Positions 53,240 to 64,000 of a stretch of 64,000 nucleotides of DNA are shown here, in pieces (the stretch's first letter is position 1; each line of letters starts with the position of its first letter). The notes below the pieces were generated by a model, which saw nothing but the letters and a program-made list of their open reading frames with translations, searched no databases and was not told the DNA's origin. Source of the stretch: Paraspadella gotoi (taxonomy: Eukaryota > Animalia > Chaetognatha); contig CM119265.1 of NCBI GenBank assembly GCA_051294375.1, positions 11,940,382 through 12,004,381 of the forward strand, read 5' to 3'. A program made the translations under genes and the position numbers.

Positions 53240-53834
53240 CTATCTAGGAAAAAAATTAGAAACATTTTTTTTAAAAAGTTCATTTATTCAATAAAAAATA
53301 TACAAAACATGGGTAAAACATTCTCAATATTTGGTATGCCCTCCCTCGGCATCGACCACTGCCTGCATTCGTCTGGGCATGCTCTCGTAAAGCGAATTGA
53401 GGTACGAAGGTGAAATGTTTTTCCAATGGTGGAACGAGGGATTCCAAGTCTATTGCTGATGAATTGTTGCGTCTTTCCCTCTTTTCTCAGAGCTACAATT
53501 GCACCTTTATGAACCAAAGAGAGGGGCTGTCTATTCGGCATAACCAAATTTAAAAAAATGAAAAAAATAACTAACTCAATTTGAAATAGAAACAAATAAC
53601 TCAATACCAAGAATTGTGGAAAACTAAAGGCGATTTTTTCCGCCATTTTTCACTTGAGGTAGCAATCTTATTTTGCCTCTAACTTCTATACGGTTGGATC
53701 TACGAAAAAATGGAAGGAAGCAACTGAAAGGAAATTTAGTGTAGAATCTGAAACATCCTGATTTTTTAAAAATCGAGCAAGTTTTCGAGTAGATATCCTC
53801 AATTAAAAATGTTTCTAACTTTTTTCCTAGATAG
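53240..53834 (-). mobile_element. Tc1/mariner internal-deletion derivative
   Basis: TIRs of about 30 bp (CTATCTAGGAAAAAA(A/G)TTAGAAACATTTTT) flanked by TA at 53238-53239 and 53835-53836. Retains an N-terminal HTH fragment MPNRQPLSLVHKGAIVALRKEGKTQQFISNRLGIPRSTI. Confidence 0.85.
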
Positions 53835-55014
53835 TAGAGCCAGCTGCAGACTCGTTTTTTTTCCGATGGCGATGAATCAGCACTAAAAATGATCATAAAA
53901 ATGATGCATGTTAAAAAAATGATGCAAGTTTTAAAAATTGTTATCATCTGATTAGCTGATTACCGTTTAATTATCGTAGGCAGATCCGACATTGTTTGCT
54001 CAAACTTGTTTAATAAGTTTCTATTTTTTATGTTGAGAAATAGTCTCCCTTCGACTTGCTACATGATTCATGTCTCACGCCCATTTTATCTACTACAATA
54101 AATATTACTTTCGGAAAAACAGTTTTTGTAATTCAAACAACGATTTTTATTATTTATTGTTTGAATTTATTTTAAATGTAAATGCAAGATGTATTAATCA
54201 AATAATTAATCTATTAGTCAATAATTAGTCAATTAATCAATCAAAACAAACATTTTGGATCTAAATTTAAGAATATTGCCTAATTAATTAAATAATTAAT
54301 TATTAATTAATTTGAATTAATTATTAACTAATTAATTACCGATAACGATCGTGGGCAGATCCGACACTTGCTCAAACTTGTTATTGTTTAAACGTCTCGC
54401 GAGAGCCTCCTGAAGACCCTGGGCGTTCAACGCTTTTAACTGCGTTGGGGGTTTTTATAATTGTTTTAAAGTCACGATTTTACTTTTTAAACTCGAAATT
54501 AAATAATTAATTTCACGCCGTTTTTAATTTTAAACAAACATCTTTATCCCGTCCTCGTCGCCAATTGTTGTTGATAAATAAAACTTACCAACCTGTTCCA
54601 AAATCTAAGCGCCATTTTAAGTAAAGAATAAAGTCAGCAAATAAAAAGTAAAACGAACTCTCATATTTATTTATATTTATTTAGCTAATTACCGCTTAAT
54701 TATCGTGGGCAGATCCGACATTGTTTGCACTTTTATTTTTTACATTTACATAAGGTTTTCCGATTTTGTTAATAGTTACGAAAAAAGCACATCCACTATT
54801 TTTTTTTATTTTTTAAGGTTTCGCGTGTTAGAATTTTTTTCCCCCATTGATTTCGTGCCCAAAGACCAAAGGAAAGGATCGAGATTTTTGGATTTCCTCT
54901 CATGCAACCAAAATGGCATTATTAAAGAAAATCTTAATACTATTATATTATGAAATTGGTACAACCAATATAAAAATAAAAAACCTTAAGAGCGATAGGG
55001 ATCGAGCCTACTTT

Positions 55015-55240
55015 TGATGATAACCAAATATTGATGCGATGATAACCAAATATTGATGCGATGATAACCGAAGGATTGATGCGATGATAACCAAATGATG
55101 GATGCAATGATAGTCATTCATTGATGCGATGATAGTCCTTCATTGATCGGATTATAATCATTCATTGATGCGATGATAGTCATTCATTGATGCGATGATA
55201 GTCATTCATTGATGCGATGCTAGTCAATCATTGACGTGAT
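55015..55240. repeat. 22-bp minisatellite near the family B 3' end
   Basis: ATTGATGCGATGATAGTCATTC / ATTGATGCGATGATAACCAAAT units. Also at 51620-51725, 62085-62165 and 63815-63865. Confidence 0.85.
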
Positions 55241-55825
55241 GAGTTAATTAGAGAGAGAGAGAGAGCGAGAGAGACAGAGAGTTGATTGAGAGAGAAATAT
55301 AGAGAGAATAATAAAATAATAATAAAAGTTTTTAGAAGGAAAAAAATAAAAATCCACGAAAATCTCGGAAATAAATTGGAGATTTTGTATTAAGAAAAAA
55401 GTGGCGTGATAGAAATAAAATTTTGTTAGAGTGTGATTAAGCATCAATTAACTTTCTATTTTTTTTTTCAATTGAAATAATACTGAAGTTTTTTGTTCAT
55501 CTATTTTAAAATGAGGTTGAAAACCTTATTTTTTTGAATATTATTGAAAATGAATGAGATTGATATTGATTGTATGAAATGAAAACTCGTCGCGATAAAG
55601 CGAAACTATTTTCAATAATAACGGTCAAAAAATTACAATTTCTATTAACAAAATATATAGTTGACAATACTCAGTTAACGACTATGATATTTTTGACTTC
55701 CAAATATTTTTTTTACTTATCAAAAAAATTTTCTTTCCTCATTTTAAAAAATTTTAATCTTGAATGAAATTTTAGATTGTTCTTTTTTTAGGAAGAAACC
55801 AGACCGAGGTTAAATTTAAAAAAAA

Positions 55826-56601
55826 AACAATGACTCCCCTATCTCCACTCAACGAGACAGGCGGAGACCCTTGCGCAGGCAATGGGCAAACGATGCCTCT
55901 CCCTCAACTGCAGCAACTCAGCCCCTCCCTCTGCGGACTGAGCGTCGCCCAAAACGACGGTTTCAGGAGGAGGAAGAGGAGTCCGTCACTCCTGTCACAA
56001 AAGTGGCAAGAACGGACAACCGCCCACCTCGTCAGCAGGCGAGAAGAGGGCAGCCGGCAGGCGTATCAGGCCAAAGAGACATAAGAGTAGCCCTGGGGAT
56101 CTTTCCGCAAGGATCGCTTCCCAATCCGTCATTCATCAGTTCGGTCGTACTCTCCTCTCAGCCACTGACACGCCAATGACTCGTCTTCATCGTCCTTGTC
56201 CTTCATTTGCATAAAACAAGGGGGGCCAGCTCATTTTGAGCTCTTTCTTTCCCTTGAATTTCACTTTCTTAATCTCCTAATTATCAACTAAAACTAAAAA
56301 ACTACTTTCTTTCATATTTCATTTTCACATAACTATCCCTTAGCTAATTACTTATTTATTCACTAGTTAAATGTTAAATTTCACCAATGTTAGTTTTTCA
56401 AACTCCTTTATCTTTGTTGTACATTGCAAAAAATGTATCTTCATTATTTATTTATCTCTGTTGTTTTGTTTCTCTCTCTCACTCTCTCTCTTTAACAAGT
56501 TTCACTTCTTTTCACAACTCACTCAATCTGCCCTCACCTTCAACCTGTCCTCACATCTGACCACTATTCTGTCTCACCACTTTGTTGGAAAAACTTTTAC
56601 C

Positions 56602-56634
<33 letters not shown>

Positions 56635-56765
56635 ACACTCTTCTTTTGCACAAAATTTATTATTGAATGTCATATGCTGATGAAGGCTTGAAGTAAGCAA
56701 GCCGAAACATGTCCAACTATTAATAAAAATCGTTGTTAAAATTCAAAATTCTTTGCTCTCTCTAA
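55826..56765 (+). mobile_element. Penelope-like 3' fragment with hammerhead motif
   Basis: The translation aligns with the 18109-18408 ORF (PLN..GGD..AGN...MPL..LQQL...LS.AQNDG..RR). Shared GGGGGGCCAGCTCATTTTGAGCTCT motif; hammerhead at 56677-56713. Confidence 0.7.
56670..56720 (+). ncRNA. Minimal type I hammerhead ribozyme motif
   Basis: CUGAUGA-A-GGCUUG(AAGUAAG)CAAGCC-GAAA-CAUGUC, with a perfect 6-bp stem II and a palindromic ACAUGU stem III region. Confidence 0.65.
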
Positions 56766-57984
56766 AAAAAAAAAATTATTTCCTTCCTGTCACATTAGCA
56801 GAAGCACATGTGACATTGCATGGCATTATAAGTTATTCTTCACTTTTTCCAAAATGTATCCAGGAAAATCACGGATTTTGAATTGAGAAAAAAGCGTCGA
56901 ATAAATGGCAATAATAAAAGTTTTTAGAAGGAAAAAAATAATCAGAACGATTACGCAAGAGATCGTAAAGAGAGAAAGAGACAGAAAAAGAGAGAGAGAG
57001 AAAGAAGCTGAACAGAGGCTGCAGAGGCGGAACTCGTTTACTTGTTTACTCGTCGCCTCGTGACGGTGGTGAAAAAAAAAGTGACTAAAAAAAAACAGGA
57101 GAGAGAGAAAGAGAGAGATAGAAAAAGAGAGAGATAAAGACAAAGATAGAGAGAGAGAGAGAGCCGGAACTCGTTTACTCGTCGCCTAGTGACGGTGGGG
57201 AAAAAAAAAGTTAATAAAAATTTATTTTTGTAAAAAAAAAGAGAGAGAGAGAAAGAGAGAGAGAGAGTTTTCCCGCCAACGATACGCAATATTAGGTCAC
57301 TCTCGTTTATATCGGTTATCCGGTGCCTCGCAACGGCAGCGTGATCTCGGTCAAGTTGATTTTTTTTATCGAGCCATGACCGGCGAAGCGGTTCAGGCTT
57401 GATTTTGTTTCGGGTGAGCTTCTTTGTGACGTAGTCGTCGTCGTCACGCTGTTTTTATATAAAAACTATTACGCTTTTATAGGTTTGGCTGTGACTTACC
57501 GTTTTTTTTTAAATAAAAATTATTATTAATTATGATAAAGTTTTACAAAAGTGTGCGATCATAGTAAGTTAAAAATTTAGATATGGCTTCTCATCTTGAA
57601 ATAGCTTTGAAATTTTCATATTACATTTGGATTTAAGTATTTTTTGTTTGAATTTCAACTTCATTATGATTTACTGCAATATGCAAATGAGATTATAGTA
57701 CTCATTATAATATCCAAATTAGTATATAAAAATGCTTTAATCCAATTTACATATTGCAGTATATAATATTGAAGATGAAATTCAAAAAAAATTTTTAAAA
57801 TCTATAATAAAAATAGGAACTCAAAGGAACTTTTCAATGAGAAGCTATATCTTAATTTTAATACAAATAAAAATAAAATCGTTAACAATCTATGATTGGA
57901 AAAATTGTAAAAATTTCCAATTGTAAACCATTGTAACATTTTTTGCCTTTCTTTTATTTATATATATATTTTTTTCAAGCGCTG

Positions 57985-58320
57985 CCTGAATTAGGATTTA
58001 CTTTAAGATCTGTTATATTCAAGATGAGAGCAGAAAGGATTAGGTATGTTGAGTCGGCGGTTGAAAGAGTGTGGAAAATATTTGTTATTCATTTGAGAAA
58101 GGATTTAGAACAAGATTATTGGGTAGCCAAATTAAGTGGCAAATTGGGAAGTTTTAAAAAACGAATCTTATTGGGTAATGTACTGGGTACATTAAATGAG
58201 GATGGGACTATAGAGTGGGGAAACTTAATTAAACGGGTTAAAATTGGCTATTGGAACTTATTTAATCAATGAGGGTATCTCGTATTGGGTATTGAGGGAC
58301 CACATACCTATATCTTTGTT
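57985..58320 (+). mobile_element. Possible L1/Tx1-type LINE ORF2 C-terminal fragment
   Basis: A short open frame (RSVIFKMR...DYWVAKLSGKLGSFKKRI) loosely resembles non-LTR ORF2 C-termini and is followed by a T-rich repetitive tail. Weak evidence. Confidence 0.3.
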
Positions 58321-58623
58321 TATTAGCGTCTTATTTTGTTATTATTAATATAGGTTTTTGAGTATTTATTAGCGTCTCATTTTGTTTTTAGCGTCTCTTT
58401 GTTTTAATTAGCGTCTTTTGTTTTTATTAGTGTCTTTCTGTTTTTAGCGTCTTTTGTTTTTATTAGTGTTGATTTTCATGTCTCATTTTGTTTTTAGCGT
58501 CTCTTTGTTTTAATTAGTCTTTTGTTTTTATCAGTAAAAAATAAAATTAAAAAAACCAGACCGATGTTGATATTAGTTTTTTATTTCTATTATTATTTAT
58601 TAGAGCTGTGGTCCCTCTGCCCT

Positions 58624-58633
58624 NNNNNNNNNN
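58624..58633. other. Assembly gap (10 N)
   Basis: Run of N inside an array of TTAGCGTCTTTTGTTTTTA-like repeats. Confidence 1.
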
Positions 58634-60560
58634 ATATATGTGATGTACTTTTATACTTATGTGATATAGTTTTTTTGTGTATTTGTCAGCGTCTCATTTC
58701 ATTTTTAGCGTCTCATTTATTTTTTAACGTCTCTTTGTCTCTTTGTTTTTATTAGCGTCTTTTGTTTTTATTAGTGTCTCTCTCTGTTGATTTGCGTGCT
58801 TGTATATATATATGTATATGTATATGTGTATGTGTGTGTATATGTATATTGATTTTAGTTTTTTATTTCTATTAATAGCAATGTGGTCCCTCTACCCTTT
58901 ACTTTAAAACATTATAATTATACATCTTTGGGTATATGTTATACACTAAGCATTAAATACTTATAATAAAGTTTTATAAAAATAAAATACTTATAATGAA
59001 GTTTAATGAAAATAAAACCTTGACTGTTTACGCATTAAACACTTTATTAATGGTGCTTTTATTAATGCTTTTTATACTTGACATTTTTCGCTTTTTACTT
59101 TTTTTTGGTTTTATGATTTAAAAATTTAAAAATTATTAACATTTTATTCATGAGCCCATTTAAACGTTAGTGTCTTTTGTTTTCGTTGATTTTTAATAGT
59201 TTAGTTTTTACTTGCTTACTGTCTTCTTATTTTTTACTTTTTATATTTTTTGGTTTAAAAATTTTATTTTTGAACGTTCTTGAACGTTATAATTTATATT
59301 TTTTTTTATGAATTATTTTATAACAATTTATTCATGAGTCCATTTAAACGTTAAAAAATTAATCTATAAAAAAAATTATCTTGAATTTCAATATGTAGTT
59401 TAGTTTTTACATAGTTTAGTTTTCCAGTCTTTTACACTGTTACTGTTTATGATTATGTCAATACTGTTTTTGGTATTAATAAAAAAAAAAATAATAATTT
59501 TATTTTTCTTTTTTTGTCTTTTGTTTTCGTTGATTTTTAATAGTTTTGTTTTTACTTGCTTACTGTCTTCTTATTTTTTACTTTTTATATTTTTTGGTTT
59601 AAAAATTTTATTTTTGAACGTTCTTGAACGTTATATATAGTTAGTTTCTTATGAATTATTTCACTAACCATCTTTAAGTCAATAGTCCAAACAAAAAAAA
59701 AAAAAAAAATCTGAATCGTTTAGTTTAGTTTTTTACACTGATACTGTTATTGATTTTGTCAATACTGTTTTGGTATTAAAAAAAAAAAAAAAAATTCTGA
59801 ATCGTTAAAAAACAGAGTTCAGGTCTCTCTCAGTCTCTCTCTGTGTGCGTCTGTCTCTTTCTGTACGATCTCATGCGTGATCGTTCGTTTTTTGAAAGTC
59901 TGATTATATTTTTTCTAAAAAATTTTTTTTTTGATCAGGCACTTCCTTTCTGTAATCGTATAAAAAACGAGTCAGGCTCTCCCTCTCTCTCTTTTTTTTT
60001 TTTTAATTTTTAGTCACTTTTTTCACCACCGGCACTAAACGAGTTCCGGCTCTCTCTCTCTCTCTCTGTACGATCGTTCGTTTTTTTGAAAAATTCTTAT
60101 TATTTTTAGTCGGATCTGCTTATCAGCAGATCCCGACTCTATAACTCACTTTGTCGGTCCGTCGGTCCGCCCCCCCTCAATATATGTCCGCACACACTTA
60201 TATCATGTCAGAACATCGAATTATAAATTATGCAAAAAAAATGATGGTCCGTCCGTCTGTCTGTCTGTCTGGATGGATGGATTTAATAAAATTTTGTGTG
60301 AGAGAGATAGGTAATGTGTGATTGAGCTGAATATGAAGTTTCGATGGAATCGTCCGAATATATTCACTATTAGAACCAATTGTCATGGTGGATGGGCTGA
60401 TTGACCTGGAATTTTGTATGTGGTAGGAAAGTGTTGATTGAACAGGAAATCAAGTTTCGATGAATAGTTTGAGTGGAAATGAGTTTAAATGGAAAAAAAC
60501 AAAAAACCTGTTACTAATTGATTATGCTTCTTTTTCCTTTTATATTAAATGTATATGCAG

Positions 60561-61166
60561 TAGAGTGATGTGAAAATGATAAAATTTTAGAAAATTAAAA
60601 TTTAGCATATAAAAACATAAACATAAAAACCAATAAAAATATTTTGGGTAAATTTATTTTTTAATTTTATACATTAGTGGGCACCAGTGAGCTATATTAT
60701 ATATAGTAATAAGTATATAATAGGCTAAAATTTCAAAATGCAAATTTTTAAATTTTAAGATCGATTTGGATTCCTTGCAAAAAGTTAATATAAGAAAGTA
60801 CAATTCTTTTTTAAAATATATTTATTAAGTTAGTCAAAAATGTAAAAAACTATATTTTAGACGCCGATTTTGAATTTCCAGTTAAAAATATAGTTTTTTG
60901 TAAATTCTAACCTACTTAATAACATAATTTTTGAAAAAGATTTTACTTTCTTATATAACTTTTACGAGGAATCTGAATCTGTTCTCAGAATTAAAAAAAA
61001 ACCATTTTAAATTTTGACATTATATAAGGGTAGTATATATACAAAATAAGCTGACTGGCTACTATATTTATAAAAAGAAAAATAACTACAGATATAGTAT
61101 TCACTAATATGATAGTTTTCAAGATATAACTGCTAAATTTTGATTCCAAACTTTCACTTCACCCTA
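60561..61166. mobile_element. hAT-type MITE with 8-bp TSD ATATGCAG
   Basis: TAGAGTGATGTGAAA...TTTCACTTCACCCTA termini, TSD at 60553-60560 and 61167-61174. The empty site (GTATATGCAGGATG) is seen in the paralogous family A copy at about 46684. Confidence 0.9.
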
Positions 61167-62198
61167 ATATGCAGGATGTATTAATAAATCAAATAATTAA
61201 TCAGTTAATTAATCAATTAGTAAATAAATTAATCATAATTAATTAATTAGTCAATCAATCCGTCCATCCGTCCCATATTTAGCAAAAGCTCCAATAACTC
61301 GTGATTGGCTGTTGGATTGGAATTAAATTTTGTGTGTGAGTAGGAAAGTGTGTGATAAAGCTGGATATAAAGTTTCGATGGAATCGTGTGAGTGGAATTA
61401 GTTTAAATGGAAAAAACATAAGTCGAATTTACTAAAATCTTTTTACTTATTTTAAACAATAAATACTCTAATTAATCATAATGGATGGATAGATTGAGTT
61501 GAAATTTTTTGTGTGTGGGTGGAAAATGTGTGACGAAGCTTGATATAAAGTTTCAGTGGAAACGTACCAGTCGAAATGAGTTTAAATGAAAAAATATGCG
61601 TCACAATTACTTGAATCTTTTTATTTATTTTAACCCATGATAGATTGAGATGAAATTTTGTGAGCCAGTAGGAAAGTGAGTGAAGAAGCTAGATATAAAG
61701 TTTTGACGGAATGCAAGTTGAAAAAATGATAGCAAGTTGAAAAAATGACTGCAAGTTAAAAAAATCTTAAAAGCATAAGGATCGTCGCTATTGCATAAAA
61801 AGAGAGAGAGAGAGAGAGAAAGAGAGAGTGGAGAGGAGAGAGTGAGAGAGAAAGGAGAAGAGAGAGAGAGAAGGAGACATAAAATATCAAAATCTTAAAA
61901 GACTCAAGATCGAGCCAGAGCCCACTATCAAAGAAAATATATGAAAAAACCCGGGAAAAAAACGAATGAATCATGCGATAACGAATTATTGATGTAATAG
62001 TAATTGATTGGTAATATAATTGATGATGTAATAGTAATTTATTGATGTATAGGAATTGATTATTGATTCGATGATAATCAATTATTGATGCGATGATAGT
62101 CATTCACTGCCTGTGATGATAGTCATTCATGATGCGATGATTGTCATTCATTGATGCGATGATAGTCAATAAAACAAACAAATGCGTGTATGAGTGAA

Positions 62199-62230
<32 letters not shown>

Positions 62231-64000
62231 AAGAAAAGAGAAAGAAAGGAGAATAATCCACGAAATCTCGGATGAAAATATGGGATTTTGTATTGAAAAA
62301 AGCGCGGAATAAATGTAATAATAAAAAGTTTTTAGAGGAAAAAATAATCAAGAATTTTTCAAAAAAAAAACGATCACGCAAAGATCGGACAGAGAGGGAC
62401 AGACACACACAGAAGAGAAAAAGAGAGAGAGAGAGACAGCCGCTGCAAGAGAAAGAGAGAGAGAGAAAGAGCGATATTATAATAAATTAAAAGAGAGAGA
62501 GAGAGAAGCTCTAACAGCCCCTCTACTCGTTAAAGAATCAGCAGTACCTACGGCGCCGGGACTAGCGTGAGCTCTCTTACTTAACCAAAGGACCCGGGTT
62601 CGCACCCTGTTCACAGGCATCCGTTTATTTACATTAGTAGACCCCACATTAATATCTAAAATTTTTTTTGCTAAAAAAAAAAAAAAAAAAGAGAGAGAGA
62701 CGAGAAAGAAAGCTGGACAGACGTTGCAGAGCCGGAACTCGTTTTAGACAAATCAGAGAAGCAGTGACGGAGAAAAGAAGAGAAGAGAGAGAGCGACATT
62801 TAAAAGAAAAGAGAGACAGCGACATATAATTAAAACGTTTTTGTTTTGTAAAATACAAAACTAAAACATACGAATATTGATATGAATACATGAGAATTTT
62901 AAAGATCTTGATCTTAAAATGCCATATATGAAATTTCAACTCCCTATGATATCACACTTTCAGAAGACCATGATTGCCAAAAAAAGCGTGACCGAAAGCT
63001 AAACACAAATCAAAATCTAGCCAGGAACGGGCTTTGCCCGCCTGGCTGCATAATAGAGGATATTTGTTTTGTTTTGATAAAATGTAAACAAAACATTTAA
63101 TAACTGTCCTGACTCAATTTTAAGGACAATCGATGATGACCAGCTGAATATAAATTATAATTAATTATTAAATATTAATTATTAATTTATTAATTAATTA
63201 ATTTTTAATTAATTAATTATCGTAGTGCAGACCGACATTGTTTGCTCAAAAACTTGTTTCCTTTTCTAAAAACTTTTTATTCATTGCCATTTATCTTTTT
63301 TCTCAATACAAAATCCCAAATTTACATCCGAGATTCATTTTAGATAAAGGGAAGAATAACTTATAATGCAGGCAATGTCATATGTACATCAACTTGTGTG
63401 ACAGTTAGGCGATACCTGCAATATATCCGGAAATTGCGCGGATTAATATAAATAATATATAATATAAAAAATATAACAATCTAAAATTTCATTCAAGATT
63501 AAAAATTTTTAAGATGAGGAAATAAAATTTATTTGAATAAGTACAAAAAATATTTGGAAGTCGTTAACTGATTATTGTCAACTATATATTTTGTTAATAA
63601 AGATTATAATTTTTTGACCGTTATTATTGAAAATAGTTTAGCTTTATAACGACGAGTTTTCATTTCATACAATCAATATCAATCTCATTCATTTTCAATA
63701 ATATGCAAAAAAATAAGGTTTTCAACCTCATTTTGAACTAGATGAACAAAAGACTTCAATCTTATTTCAATTGAAAAAAAAATAGAAAGTTAATTGATGC
63801 TTAAACTCACTCTTATCATCGCATCAATATTTGGTTATCATCGCATCAATATTTGGTTATCATCAAAAGCAGGCTCGATCCCTATTGCTTTTAAGATTTT
63901 TTATACACGTAACGTTTCTGTTGCCATAAAAACGAAATCCAGGTCAAGTAAGATATTCTACACATTTTCTAAAAAAAATCCACGAAAATCTCAGATGTAA

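Noticed and set aside
50551-54615. Candidate 5' exons of the ASB-like gene (54615-54589 MALRFWNRL, 54439-54394 LKALNAQGLQEALAR, 50604-50551)
   Set aside because: Splice signals are plausible, but the segments are short, lack diagnostic motifs and cannot be joined uniquely without RNA data; the 50551 piece also resembles repeat sequence near 57290.
62530-62625. tRNA gene (B-box-like GGTTCGCACCC), with a similar fragment near 47240
   Set aside because: No closed cloverleaf; most likely SINE remnants.
51200-62940. Numerous 60-140 aa ORFs rich in SLSL or RERE
   Set aside because: They are translation artefacts of (GA)n/(TC)n microsatellites and T-rich repeats.

Overview
AT-rich eukaryotic (probably invertebrate animal) genomic DNA that is mostly nested transposon debris. 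Two spliced minus-strand genes can be read by hand: an 11-exon PARP2-like poly(ADP-ribose) polymerase (43567 down to 11047, about 646 aa, WGR, regulatory and catalytic domains, H-Y-E triad intact) and, just upstream, an ankyrin-repeat/SOCS-box gene (at least 8 exons, 48448 down to 43999). Two features stand out. An intact, TATA-preceded U6 snRNA gene lies in sense orientation in PARP intron 1, with its oligo-T terminator 8 nt from the exon 2 boundary. A 42-nt inverted repeat pairs the two ends of the 19.2-kb last PARP intron, leaving about 55 nt outside the stem, close to the size of the gene's short introns. Mobile DNA includes a DIRS retrotransposon, two decayed hAT (probably hATm-type) transposases and their MITEs, Penelope-like fragments with hammerhead ribozyme motifs, solo LTRs, a small non-autonomous LTR element, a Gypsy RT fragment, a Tc1/mariner deletion derivative, a Helitron, three Helentron/DINE-like families, a tRNA-derived SINE and minisatellites. 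All calls come from reading the sequence; no database searches were run.
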